Origin: an uncultured bacterium | GTDB lineage: Bacteria > SAR324 > NAC60-12 | Length of the DNA: 45,749 nucleotides | Reading direction: 5' to 3' | NCBI GenBank assembly: GCA_965662845.1 | Contig: CBFIJD010000026.1 | Coordinates: forward strand, 1 to 45,749 | Shown: positions 9,253 through 18,424 of the stretch, piece by piece | Numbering within the stretch: the first letter of the stretch is position 1 | Layout of the letters: every line of letters begins with the position of its first letter | Position numbers and translations under genes: made by a program | Notes under the pieces: model-generated | Seen by the model: only the letters and a program-made list of their open reading frames with translations | Databases searched by the model: none | Told to the model about the DNA's origin: nothing

Positions 9253-10605
9253 ATGGTGAAACCTGTCATTGACGAAGAACGCTTTTATGACGTGGAAGAG
9301 CTGTTCTACTCCTCCACAGCTCCGAACAGCAAAATCGTCAGCTTCAATGAAGTCTTTGTGCGCATCAGCGAATACACGCCCAACGAGCTGCAAGGAGAGC
9401 TGCACAGCCTCATTCGGCACCCCGACATGCCGCGCGCGGTTTTCAAGGTGTTTTGGGACTTTGTGGAGGACGGCAAGCTGATCATTGCCTATGTGAAGAA
9501 TCAGTCGAAGTCAGGGAGATATTACTGGGTCTTAGCCAGCGCGGTCCCCATTCAAAACGAGCAAGGGCGCATCATTCGTTATGTCTCCACCCGTCTGCGT
9601 CCAACAAGTGAACTCTTCGCGCAAGTTCCGGCTCTGTATGCCGCGGTGCTCGCTCATGAAAACCAGCATGGCATGGAGGCCGCGATCGCGTTCTTGCTGG
9701 AGCAGCTGCGCGGGCTAGGCTTTCCCGACTATGAAGCGTTCATGCGAGCGGCCTTGCAGCATGAGATCCACTCTCGCCAACGCCTCCTCGCAGCGCGCAC
9801 TGAGCCTTATATCCCCGCCTTGAGTGTGCCCGTGCCGGTTGCGCTGCAACAACCACTACGCCTCAGCGAGCGCCTCAGCGACCAGTACCAGCACTTGCTC
9901 CAAGAGCTGACTGAGCTGCAACACAACGCCGAAGCGCTCCAAGAGTTCACACAGATTGTGCGCAGGATCGCAGATGACATCCAGCTGCTGGCATACAACT
10001 CTTTGGTCGTCGCGGCCAAAGCTCGCGAGCAAGGACGCACCTTTTTTGTGATCGCCGAAGACATGGGGCGCCAATCGCGTCGCATTCGAGCGCTTTCAGA
10101 GCGCGCCAACCAAGGCATTGCCGAACTCAACGCACACCTCACCGAGCTGCTCCATCACCTGATGCTGATCTCCGTTCAAACCGAGATGACACGCAATCTG
10201 TTCCGCGAGCATGTGGCCGTCCAAACTTCGCTCAAAGACGTGCCGCTGCTGCTGCAAGTGATCCGCAACTCCGAGCGTGAATGTCGGCGCGCCTTCCAGC
10301 TCCTCGATATGCAGTCGCAGCAGCTAGTGCAACAGGTGCGAGAGATTGATCAGGTCTTGTTGCAGATTGACATGCTGTCTATGGCAGGGGGCATCACCGT
10401 CGCTGAATTGGGAAGCGTTGGGCACGAGTGTCAGCTGCGCATTCAAGACATCAAAACCCTCTCGCAACGAGCGATCCAGGAGGTTAGCCGCATGCAGACC
10501 ATTACGTTGACCCTGCAGCAGCGCGCGACCTCGACCCTGCGTGAATATCGTCAGGCGCTGGAAGATTACGACCAGCTCCTGAGGCGCGTCTCTGACGGGC
10601 GCTAA
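9253..10605 (+). CDS. Soluble Aer-like PAS-domain chemoreceptor-like protein
   Basis: Aer-type PAS (IRHPDMPRAVF..FW, YVKN..K.GRYYWV) followed by degenerate methyl-accepting hairpin segments; no TM helix. Confidence 0.75.
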   Translation: MVKPVIDEERFYDVEELFYSSTAPNSKIVSFNEVFVRISEYTPNELQGELHSLIRHPDMPRAVFKVFWDFVEDGKLIIAYVKNQSKSGRYYWVLASAVPIQNEQGRIIRYVSTRLRPTSELFAQVPALYAAVLAHENQHGMEAAIAFLLEQLRGLGFPDYEAFMRAALQHEIHSRQRLLAARTEPYIPALSVPVPVALQQPLRLSERLSDQYQHLLQELTELQHNAEALQEFTQIVRRIADDIQLLAYNSLVVAAKAREQGRTFFVIAEDMGRQSRRIRALSERANQGIAELNAHLTELLHHLMLISVQTEMTRNLFREHVAVQTSLKDVPLLLQVIRNSERECRRAFQLLDMQSQQLVQQVREIDQVLLQIDMLSMAGGITVAELGSVGHECQLRIQDIKTLSQRAIQEVSRMQTITLTLQQRATSTLREYRQALEDYDQLLRRVSDGR

Positions 10606-10704
10606 GACCTGGTCGCGTCGCCTGTACCTCTGGCCTTCCGGTGGTTCCCTGTCTACAATATTTTCTCTTTGTCCCAACGATCACCTGCTGCTGTGGAGAA
10701 CGAT

Positions 10705-11322
10705 ATGGATCGACGACGTTTCTTGAGTTTTTCTTTCTGGGGAGCCCTGACAGGGGGAATCGCGCTACCTGCGCTGCTGCATGCCTCTAACCGCGTCAGC
10801 GCCACCCCCACCGACATGGAGGGCCCTTTCTATCCCACCAGCCGCCGCCCCGATGAAGACGCCAACCTGCGCCAAGTCAACGGAGAAGAAGCCGAAGCGG
10901 AGGGCCCGCGCCTCGATCTACGCGGACAGCTGAGCAGCCGTGACGGAGCGCCTCTCGTCGGGGCCACCCTTGAAATTTGGCAAGCAGATCCGCAAGGGCG
11001 CTATCTGCACCCGCGAGACCCTTCCACAGGCGAGCGCCACCGCAACTTCCAATACTGGGGGCGCGCCATCACCGACGCGAACGGCAACTACGCCTTCCGC
11101 ACCTTGCTCCCCGGGCCGTACAGCGGCCGCCGACCACACATCCACTTCAAGGTCTGGCTCAACGGGCGTGACGTCCTCACCAGTCAGATGTACTTCACCA
11201 ACCACCCCGAGAACGACCGCATGTCTTTCTGGGAACGGATGCAAGATCGCACCGGACAGCTCATCGAACTCCAGCCCCACAACGACGGACACTTCTCCGG
11301 GGACTTCGCGATTGTCGTGTAG
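10705..11322 (+). CDS. Tat-exported intradiol ring-cleavage dioxygenase-like protein
   Basis: DRRRFL Tat motif, EGPFY, EIWQAD..GRY, PGPY..R.PHIH (Tyr/Tyr/His/His iron ligands); GGAG SD. Confidence 0.85.
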   Translation: MDRRRFLSFSFWGALTGGIALPALLHASNRVSATPTDMEGPFYPTSRRPDEDANLRQVNGEEAEAEGPRLDLRGQLSSRDGAPLVGATLEIWQADPQGRYLHPRDPSTGERHRNFQYWGRAITDANGNYAFRTLLPGPYSGRRPHIHFKVWLNGRDVLTSQMYFTNHPENDRMSFWERMQDRTGQLIELQPHNDGHFSGDFAIVV

Positions 11323-11449
11323 TTGTCAGCGCGCCTAACTTGCCAACATCACCCCGCCAGCAAAACTTGTCCCTTTTCGCAAAACCCGTATTCCTCTGCC
11401 TTTCCTCGTTTGCTTGACGGCTTTTTTTCCCACAACCCAAGGACAGGCC

Positions 11450-11845
11450 ATGATTACTGGCGAACTCAAATCCAAGATCGACAGCATCTGTGACACGATT
11501 TGGTCTGGAGGTATCTCCAATCCACTGACGGTGATTGAGCAGTTGACCTACTTGCTCTTCATCAAACGCTTAGATGAGCTGCACACGCTCAAGGAGCGCA
11601 AAGCCTCTCGCGCCGGCAAACCGATGGAGCGCAAACGCACCGACAAGAGCTTCTTTGTGCCGAAAGAAGAAATCCGTCAGAACGGCTATGATCTGTCCAT
11701 CAACCGCTACAAAGAAGTGGAATATGAAGCCGTTGAGTACGATCCGCCTAACGTGATCCTGGCGCGGTTAGCTAAGCTGGATGAAGAGATTGCTGCCGGA
11801 CGCAAAGAACTGGGGGGATGCTATGACGAAGACCGAAATCAATAA
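11450..11845 (+). pseudogene. hsdM: Type I restriction-modification methyltransferase remnant with large in-frame internal deletion
   Basis: HsdM N-terminus (MITGELKSKID..W.GGISNPLTVIEQLTYLLFIKRLDE) joined directly to the C-terminus (RTDKSFFVPKEEI..NGYDLSINRYKE). No SAM-binding or NPPF motif. Confidence 0.85.
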
Positions 11846-12042
11846 CCACAACTTGAAGAAGATTCTGGAGGGAGGAAAGGAAGTATATGCCCGACCAGAG
11901 AACTGAAGCTGGAAGTCCCGAAGAATCGTTGCTGTATGCTCGTAGTGACTTGCAACTGGCTCAGATTGGACAAACACCGGGCGTTAGTAGTCCAATGATT
12001 GCGTGATGAACAGCTCGGCTCACTATATCCCGACAGGAGGAA

Positions 12043-12291
12043 ATGCAGTGTGCAAAGAGTGCTTCGCGGAAGCTCTCCAAGCATGGAATTCGTGGTCATC
12101 ACAAACAAAACGTTCGCGGCAAGGAATGTGGTCGCCAGTTCGTCGAAAATCCCTCGGACCATGACCGAATCAGTGAAGAGACTCGCCGCTTCGTTGACTG
12201 CTTACTATGGGAGAAGCGCTCCCTTGCGGGAATGGTGCTTATAGCGAAAGTTTCCGAGAGTGGGTTGCCGCGCTATATACGGCAGAAGGCG
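12043..12291 (+). mobile_element. Degenerate IS1-family transposase (InsA-like) fragment
   Basis: MQC.K.....K.G......KQN...KECGRQFVENP....ISEET...D.LL.EK.SLAG......VSE matches the InsA zinc ribbon plus HTH. Two Cys appear mutated (AGT, GGC). No InsB/DDE part. Confidence 0.7.
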
Positions 12292-12972
12292 CTACCGTTT
12301 CTCAATGCGAAAGCGGCGCTCTAGCCAGCGGGTGAAGAGGACGAGGATTCCGGTCAGGGCAAGATATCCAAGAGCCGCCGGGAGGAAGGCTTCGTAAGGG
12401 CTGAAGTAAGTCGCGTTGATACGTCGCGCGGCGCCGGTGAGATCCACCAAAGTGATCGTGCTAACAATTGCGCTGGTGTGGAGCTGAGCGATCATCTCGT
12501 TGCCATAGGCTGGCAGGGCCCGTCGGATGGTCCCTGGCCAAATCACCAACCAGAAGATCTGTCCCGACTTCAACCCCAAAGCTTGCGCGGCTTCAAGCTG
12601 GCCTCGAGGGGTGTTTGCCATCGCGCCTCGCAAGATCTCGGTGGTATACGCCGCCGTGTTACAGGTGAGGGCAAGCAACGCGCAATAAAACGGTTCTTGC
12701 AACCAAGTCCACAGCACGCTCTCCCGCAGAAATGCAAACTGCCCCGCACCATAGTAAAATAGATACACCTGAACCAGCCCTGGCGTTCCTCGGAAAAAGT
12801 ACACAAAACTCCACGCCGGCCAATACAGGCCCCTTCTCTTGGAGCGCAGCGCCAACGCCATCACCAGCGCGAGCGGTCCACCGATCACCAGCGACAAGCC
12901 CACCAGCTGCATCGTGAGCAGCAAGCCCTCGCCCAACAGCGGTAAGTTTTCTTGAATGATCGAAAAGTCCAC
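12292..12972 (-). CDS. hisM: Polar amino acid ABC transporter permease (HisM-like)
   Basis: FRGTP.LVQ, AAYTTEILRG and the EAA motif EAAQALG. Confidence 0.85.
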   Translation of the reverse strand: MDFSIIQENLPLLGEGLLLTMQLVGLSLVIGGPLALVMALALRSKRRGLYWPAWSFVYFFRGTPGLVQVYLFYYGAGQFAFLRESVLWTWLQEPFYCALLALTCNTAAYTTEILRGAMANTPRGQLEAAQALGLKSGQIFWLVIWPGTIRRALPAYGNEMIAQLHTSAIVSTITLVDLTGAARRINATYFSPYEAFLPAALGYLALTGILVLFTRWLERRFRIEKR

Positions 12973-12978
12973 AGCGGC

Positions 12979-13665
12979 TCAGTGATGCGTGAGAAAGGTC
13001 GCGCGGCGCTCGACATAATTGAGCGCCCACTGCGTGAGGGAGGTGAGGATCAGATAGACGACGCAGACGGCGAAGTAAAAAGTGAAGGGCTCTCGAGTCG
13101 TTCCCGCTGCTTGGGCTCCGCGTCGCACCACATCCGGCAGGCCGATGACGGAGACGAGCGCGGTCGTCTTGAGCAAAATTAGCCAGTTGTTGGTGAACCC
13201 CGGCAGCGCATGACGGATCATCTGCGGCACAATCACCAACACAAATGTCTGTCTTTGCGAGAGTCCCAACGCTGCGGCCGCTTCGGGTTGGCCGGTTCCA
13301 ACCGCCAGAATGGCTCCTCGAAAGGTCTCGGTCATGTAGGCGCCAAAAATAAATCCAATCGTCAGCACGCCCGCTGTGAACGCGTCCACTTCGATGTAGC
13401 CTTCATAGCCTAGGCGATACGCCAGATCATTGACCAGCATCTGGCCGCCGTAGAACAGCAGCAGCATCAAGACGAGGTCAGGGATGCCCCGCGTGACGGT
13501 CGTGTAAAGAGCAGCAGGAGCGCTGAGCAGAGGATTTTTTGAGAGGCGGGAGACTGCTCCGAGCAGCCCCAGCACGACGGCCAACAACAGCGAGGTCAAC
13601 GAGACCCCGAGGGTCAGCAGCGTGCCGTCTAGCAGCAGCGGAGCGTATTCAAGCAGAGTGTTCAC
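12979..13665 (-). CDS. hisQ: Polar amino acid ABC transporter permease (HisQ-like)
   Basis: RGIPDLVLMLL, GAYMTETFRGA, EAA motif, LLKTTALVSVIG. Confidence 0.88.
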   Translation of the reverse strand: MNTLLEYAPLLLDGTLLTLGVSLTSLLLAVVLGLLGAVSRLSKNPLLSAPAALYTTVTRGIPDLVLMLLLFYGGQMLVNDLAYRLGYEGYIEVDAFTAGVLTIGFIFGAYMTETFRGAILAVGTGQPEAAAALGLSQRQTFVLVIVPQMIRHALPGFTNNWLILLKTTALVSVIGLPDVVRRGAQAAGTTREPFTFYFAVCVVYLILTSLTQWALNYVERRATFLTHH

Positions 13666-13671
13666 GCAGGA

Positions 13672-14451
13672 TCAGTCGCCGTAGATGTCATAGGCAAAGT
13701 AATCCTTACGAATCGTGTCATAAGCGCCGTTGCTCCGAATTGCTTGGATTCCAGCGTTGAGTTGGTCGCGCAGGTCACCATCTTGCTTGCGGACGGCGAT
13801 CCCGATGCCTTCGCCGAACCATTTTTGATCGCTGAAAGTTGGGCCAATGAATTCATAGTTGGCCCCTTCTGGCTTCTGCAAGAAGCCTTCGTCCATGGTG
13901 AAGACCTCGCCAAAAATCAGGTCAATGCGTCCGGCAGTCAAATCTAAGGTCGCCTGCTCTTGAGTGTCGTAGCGTCGGACTTCAACGAGGTCTCTGTAAT
14001 TGTCTGTCAGATAGCTGTCCATCACCGTCGCGCCCTGCACACCGACACGTTTGCCCTTGAGCAAGGCGTTGGCCGCGCTGGTGAATTCGCCTCTCTTCGC
14101 CACAAAACGAGCGGGGCTGGCATAATATTTTTCCGTGAAGTTCACGCGCTTTTTGCGCTCTTCGGTGATGCTCATCGACGCGATGATCGCGTCATACTTA
14201 CGCGCGAGCAGGCCGGGGATCATCCCATCCCAATCTTGTTGCATGAGCACACACTCGGCGTTCAGCTCTTGGCAGAGCGCGTTGGCGATGTCGACATCAA
14301 AACCAACGAGTTCGCCAGCCGCGTTGGTTTCATTAAAGGGAGGGTAAGCTCCTTCAATTGCCACCCGAATTCGATCCCAATCTTTAGCGCTCGCGGCGGT
14401 GACGAACAACCCGCCGAAGACCAGCAACAATGACGTCCAACGTTTCCACAT
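13672..14451 (-). CDS. Lysine/arginine/ornithine/histidine-type ABC substrate-binding protein
   Basis: Signal peptide; EGAYPPF, GFDVDI, WDGMIPGL, SMSITEER; AGGAGG SD. Confidence 0.88.
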   Translation of the reverse strand: MWKRWTSLLLVFGGLFVTAASAKDWDRIRVAIEGAYPPFNETNAAGELVGFDVDIANALCQELNAECVLMQQDWDGMIPGLLARKYDAIIASMSITEERKKRVNFTEKYYASPARFVAKRGEFTSAANALLKGKRVGVQGATVMDSYLTDNYRDLVEVRRYDTQEQATLDLTAGRIDLIFGEVFTMDEGFLQKPEGANYEFIGPTFSDQKWFGEGIGIAVRKQDGDLRDQLNAGIQAIRSNGAYDTIRKDYFAYDIYGD

Positions 14452-14587
14452 ACAGCCTCCTGTTTGGTGAACTCAAGAAAGGCGCACACTGGAGCCCAGC
14501 GCACGAAAAAAGGGATTTATCCTCCCAAAAAATCGCAGGGTTGCAAGGTGAAAACGCAACAAAATCGGGGCATCCAATCCATTCTGG

Positions 14588-14603
14588 TGGCAAATGCGTT
14601 GCA
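14588..14603 (+). promoter_or_regulatory. Sigma54 (-24/-12) promoter candidate for the PAS histidine kinase
   Basis: TGGCAAATGCGTTGCA has exact GG-N10-GC spacing and one mismatch to TGGCAC-N5-TTGCA; about 87 nt upstream of ATG 14690. Confidence 0.6.
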
Positions 14604-14689
14604 GCTTCACCGAAGCCGTGACACAAGTGTGACTTGGTATTGACTTGTGCAAGCTCCGTTGATCACCCAGCACCCCCTCACAGAAGCTG

Positions 14690-16594
14690 ATGAATCCCCT
14701 CACGACCTCTGCTCTCCATCCCTATCTAGTCGCCGCCCTAGACGCGGCCCCGCACGGCACCTTACTCCTCGATGAAAAGGGCGAAGTGCTCTATGCCAAC
14801 GCCGAGATACAGCGGATCTTAAGCGCTCAGCAGCTGATCGGCTCCCGCATTGAACGCTGGCTGACGCCTATGGACGTGGATCGGCTCGCTCAGGCTTATC
14901 GCAACGAGGAGACCACAGTAGAGATTACGATTCGCCTGCACGACACCACCTCGATTCCGGTTGCCGTGCGTTTCGCGATGCTTCCCCAGCAGGCTGATTT
15001 CGCGCTCCCCAACGCGCCAGTGGTGATGCACTGGCAAGATCTGCGTCCGGTACGCAGCACGCAAGAACAGCTCAACCAGCTGCGCCGACGCATGCAAGCG
15101 GCCCTCGATCAAGCGTACCACGGTATCCTGTTGGTCGACGCGGACGCGCGCATCTTCTATGGGAATCGCACCGCACACGACCTCTTGGGCTATGGCCAAC
15201 TCAAGGGCATGTTGCACTTTGAGCTCTTGCACGCCGACGACCGCAAGCAAAGCCAGCGACAAATCATGCGCTTCATGCGCGGCAAGCTGCAACGAGATCA
15301 ATCCGAGCGGCGCTATGTGTCGCAAGAAGACGAGACGATTTTGATGCGGGAGAGCGTCACGACAGCGTATGACGAGAACGGGGAGCTGCTCCTCGTCGTG
15401 ATTCAGCTGGAAGACCTGCGCGAGTTGAAAGAAGCGCGCGAGTTGGCGCTCAAAACCGCACAACTGCAACAGCTGGTCGGCTGGTTCCGGTTCAGCATTG
15501 GGCAGTCCAACATTCACCCGTGGCGGATCTCTTCTGACAGTCACCTCTTTGAATATTTAGACGCCAAATCGTGGGACATCTTCGGCATCCCGCCCGAGGC
15601 CCGCGAGCTGCCGGTGGATGAACTCGCCGCCCGATACGTACTGCCCCGCATCATTCCTGAAGATCGCGAGAAGGTGGTCCAAGTCATCAACAATTTTACC
15701 GAAGCCAAAGAGGTCGACGTCACCTACCGCACCCGCTCCGTCCGCGGCAAAACGCCGATGTGGATTCGTCAACGCAGCACCCGCATTGACACGGGTCAGG
15801 GCGAAGCGCTCGTTGGGAGCACCCAAGATGTGACGGAATATTATCTGGCGCAACAAGAGCGCGAGGAAACGCTGAAGAAGCTGCAACAAGCCGAAAAAGC
15901 GTCCTCTTTGGGGCGCATCGCCACCAACATCGGCCACGAGCTGCGCAACCCCCTCGCGATCATCCACACGCAGGCAGACTTGCTCGAAGTCTTGTTTGAG
16001 ATGGGGCAGTTTGAGCAGTCCATCAGCACGCTGCAAAACATCCAAGAGCAAGTGCAGCGCGCGACCGCGATTATTGAGTCCATGCAGATTTTAGGGCGGG
16101 AACTCAAGGTAGGAGAGAATCAGTCCGACTTACAGCAGCCGGTGGCCATCGCAGAACTCTGCCAGCGTGTGGCCGACAAAGTCGCGGAGCGAGCCACTCA
16201 CGAAGGCATCGCCCTGCGGACGGACTTACCGTCACAACAGCACGTTTATGGCAACGAGAAGCTGTTGGAGAGCGTTATTGATCACATGCTCAACAACGCC
16301 TTAGACGCTGTGGATGAAGCCGCAGAGCCCTGTGTGCAACTGACCCTGCGCGAAGAGGAGGCCGGTGTGCGAGTGAATGTCATCGACAACGGCCGAGGCA
16401 TCTCAGAGGAGCAGCGGCAAACCATCTTTGATCCGTTCTACACGACGAAGGGGCCGCGCGGGCGATCCGGCTTGGGCTTGGCCGTTTGTGACCGCATCGT
16501 CCGCGATCACGACTCTCAGATTGAGCTACAGAGTGAGGTTGGCAAAGGCTCGACCTTCTCCATCTGCCTGCGCATTTGCAAAGAGGGAGCTTAG
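14690..16594 (+). CDS. Cytoplasmic multi-PAS sensor histidine kinase (NtrB-like)
   Basis: About three PAS-like repeats; H-box GHELRNPL, N-box NNALDA, G1 DNGRGI, F-box FDPFYTTK, G2 GLGL; no TM. Confidence 0.9.
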   Translation: MNPLTTSALHPYLVAALDAAPHGTLLLDEKGEVLYANAEIQRILSAQQLIGSRIERWLTPMDVDRLAQAYRNEETTVEITIRLHDTTSIPVAVRFAMLPQQADFALPNAPVVMHWQDLRPVRSTQEQLNQLRRRMQAALDQAYHGILLVDADARIFYGNRTAHDLLGYGQLKGMLHFELLHADDRKQSQRQIMRFMRGKLQRDQSERRYVSQEDETILMRESVTTAYDENGELLLVVIQLEDLRELKEARELALKTAQLQQLVGWFRFSIGQSNIHPWRISSDSHLFEYLDAKSWDIFGIPPEARELPVDELAARYVLPRIIPEDREKVVQVINNFTEAKEVDVTYRTRSVRGKTPMWIRQRSTRIDTGQGEALVGSTQDVTEYYLAQQEREETLKKLQQAEKASSLGRIATNIGHELRNPLAIIHTQADLLEVLFEMGQFEQSISTLQNIQEQVQRATAIIESMQILGRELKVGENQSDLQQPVAIAELCQRVADKVAERATHEGIALRTDLPSQQHVYGNEKLLESVIDHMLNNALDAVDEAAEPCVQLTLREEEAGVRVNVIDNGRGISEEQRQTIFDPFYTTKGPRGRSGLGLAVCDRIVRDHDSQIELQSEVGKGSTFSICLRICKEGA

Positions 16595-17358
16595 GGCAAA
16601 GGGACGCCCCAGCGCTGCAAGCCTTCCAACACGCCTGCGGCAAAGCGCTTCTCTGCCAAGAAGACCTGATCTGGTGAAAATCCTCGCAGATATTCTTTCA
16701 AGTCCGCCTGCCCGTTGGCCACGAGCGTGCCGCGAAATCCTTCATCAAACATGGACTGATCGTTCCCGCTGTCTCCGTTGACCACCGTCGGGTCGTCTTG
16801 CCACCCCATGTGCTCCAACAAAAACTGCAACGCTTTTCCTTTGTTGGCGCGGCCGGGCAGGACGTCGATGTAGTAACCAAACGAGGCGACCACCTGATAG
16901 CGCTGTTCTGGCGTGGCGAGCAGCTCGCGCATGCGTTCGATCCAATAGCGTGGCCGCATTGAGTCTGTGAGCGCATAGGCGACTTTCCAAGGCGTTTGAC
17001 AGTGCTCCGGCTCAAGGTTCATCACCTCGTTCAAAGGCTCCAGCCGCGCCTTGACGTCTTCGCAATCAAAGCCACTGTTAGCGAGTTCCTGATGCCACAC
17101 AGGCCAAGGTTCGGAGTCCACAGTAAACGGTGGCAGATAGATTTCTGCGCCGGTCTGCGCAATGATAACGTCTGGTTCTGGCAAGTGCTCTTCCGCCAAG
17201 CCATGCAACACGCCGCCGTAAGAGCGCCCCGTGCACAAGAGCACCCGTGCTTGATCCGCCTCTTGAAGCGTTGCGACATGGCGCCCTAGCGCTAACAGCG
17301 CATCGGTGTCGCCGGTGAGCGTAAAATCAATATCAAACACAAGGTTCCAGCAGTCCAT
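16591..17358 (-). CDS. HAD-IIB phosphatase, sucrose-phosphate phosphatase-like
   Basis: DIDFTL (DxDxT), CTGRS, DVLP..ANKG, GDSGND; AAGGA SD before ATG 17358. Confidence 0.82.
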   Translation of the reverse strand: MDCWNLVFDIDFTLTGDTDALLALGRHVATLQEADQARVLLCTGRSYGGVLHGLAEEHLPEPDVIIAQTGAEIYLPPFTVDSEPWPVWHQELANSGFDCEDVKARLEPLNEVMNLEPEHCQTPWKVAYALTDSMRPRYWIERMRELLATPEQRYQVVASFGYYIDVLPGRANKGKALQFLLEHMGWQDDPTVVNGDSGNDQSMFDEGFRGTLVANGQADLKEYLRGFSPDQVFLAEKRFAAGVLEGLQRWGVPLP

Positions 17359-17383
17359 GGAGTCCTTCACTGGGAGGTTAGCA

Positions 17384-18337
17384 ATGGGAGAAAACATCGT
17401 AGTCGTAGACGGGTTCGCGCTGAATCCCGGAGATTTGCGTTGGGACGCCTTAGAGCGATTTGGAGAGGTGACCGTTTATGAGCGGACTTCGCCAGCCGAA
17501 TTTATTGAGCGCACGCGAGACGCGACCGTCATTTTGACGAACAAAGTGCGCGTACGCGAGGAACAATTTGCGCAGCTTCCCAAGTTGCGCTACGTCGGTA
17601 TTACAGCGACGGGATACGACATCATCGACCTAGGGGCCGCCAGAGCGCGACAGATTGTCGTCACAAATGCGCGGAACTACGGTTCGCCGACGGTCGCTCA
17701 GCACACCTTCGCGATGCTGCTGGCCCTGACCAATCATGTTGCTGAGAACGCGGCCAGCGTCGCGCAGGGAGACTGGGTGAACTCGACAGACTGGTGCTAT
17801 TGGAAGCAGCCGATCACCGAATTGGACAGCCTCACACTGGGGCTCATGGGGTTTGGGAACATCGCGCAGCATGTCGCAGGGATCGCGCAGGCCTTCGGCA
17901 TGAAAGTCTGCGTGCACACCCGCACACCCCGTGCCAACACGGCCGCGATCTCGTTTGTTTCGCGTGACGAAATGTTTGCGCAAAGTGACATCATCAGCTT
18001 GCACTGCCCGCTCAACGAAGCCACACAAGCCCTGATCAATCGCGAAACCTTGGCCAAGATGCGCCCGCATGCCTTGCTGCTGAATACCGCTCGGGGGGCG
18101 CTCATTGACGAAGCCGCCCTCGCGGAGGCGCTCACGGCGGGGACGATTGCTGGCGCGGCCCTTGACGTGCTGTCACAAGAGCCTCCCTCTCCCAGCAACC
18201 CCTTGCTGACCGCTCCCAACTGCTTGATCACTCCGCATTGCGCCTGGGCCAGCCGCGCCGCGCGGGAACGACTGTTGCAGCAGGTGGTTGAGAATCTGCA
18301 ACTGTTCCTGCAAGGAACCCCTCGGCAGGTGCTATGA
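17384..18337 (+). CDS. D-2-hydroxyacid dehydrogenase (glycerate dehydrogenase / hydroxypyruvate reductase-like)
   Basis: LNPGDL, TNKV, GFGNIA, LHCPL, NTARG, LDVL..EPP, TPHCAW; GGAGG SD. Confidence 0.88.
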   Translation: MGENIVVVDGFALNPGDLRWDALERFGEVTVYERTSPAEFIERTRDATVILTNKVRVREEQFAQLPKLRYVGITATGYDIIDLGAARARQIVVTNARNYGSPTVAQHTFAMLLALTNHVAENAASVAQGDWVNSTDWCYWKQPITELDSLTLGLMGFGNIAQHVAGIAQAFGMKVCVHTRTPRANTAAISFVSRDEMFAQSDIISLHCPLNEATQALINRETLAKMRPHALLLNTARGALIDEAALAEALTAGTIAGAALDVLSQEPPSPSNPLLTAPNCLITPHCAWASRAARERLLQQVVENLQLFLQGTPRQVL

Positions 18338-18424
18338 CTCACCCGAATTGCGCATAGCACTTCGTGAAAAGTTCTGCTATCTTTCCAAGCTTTTTGTCTC
18401 AATTTCGCCGTCACGGAGCACTCT

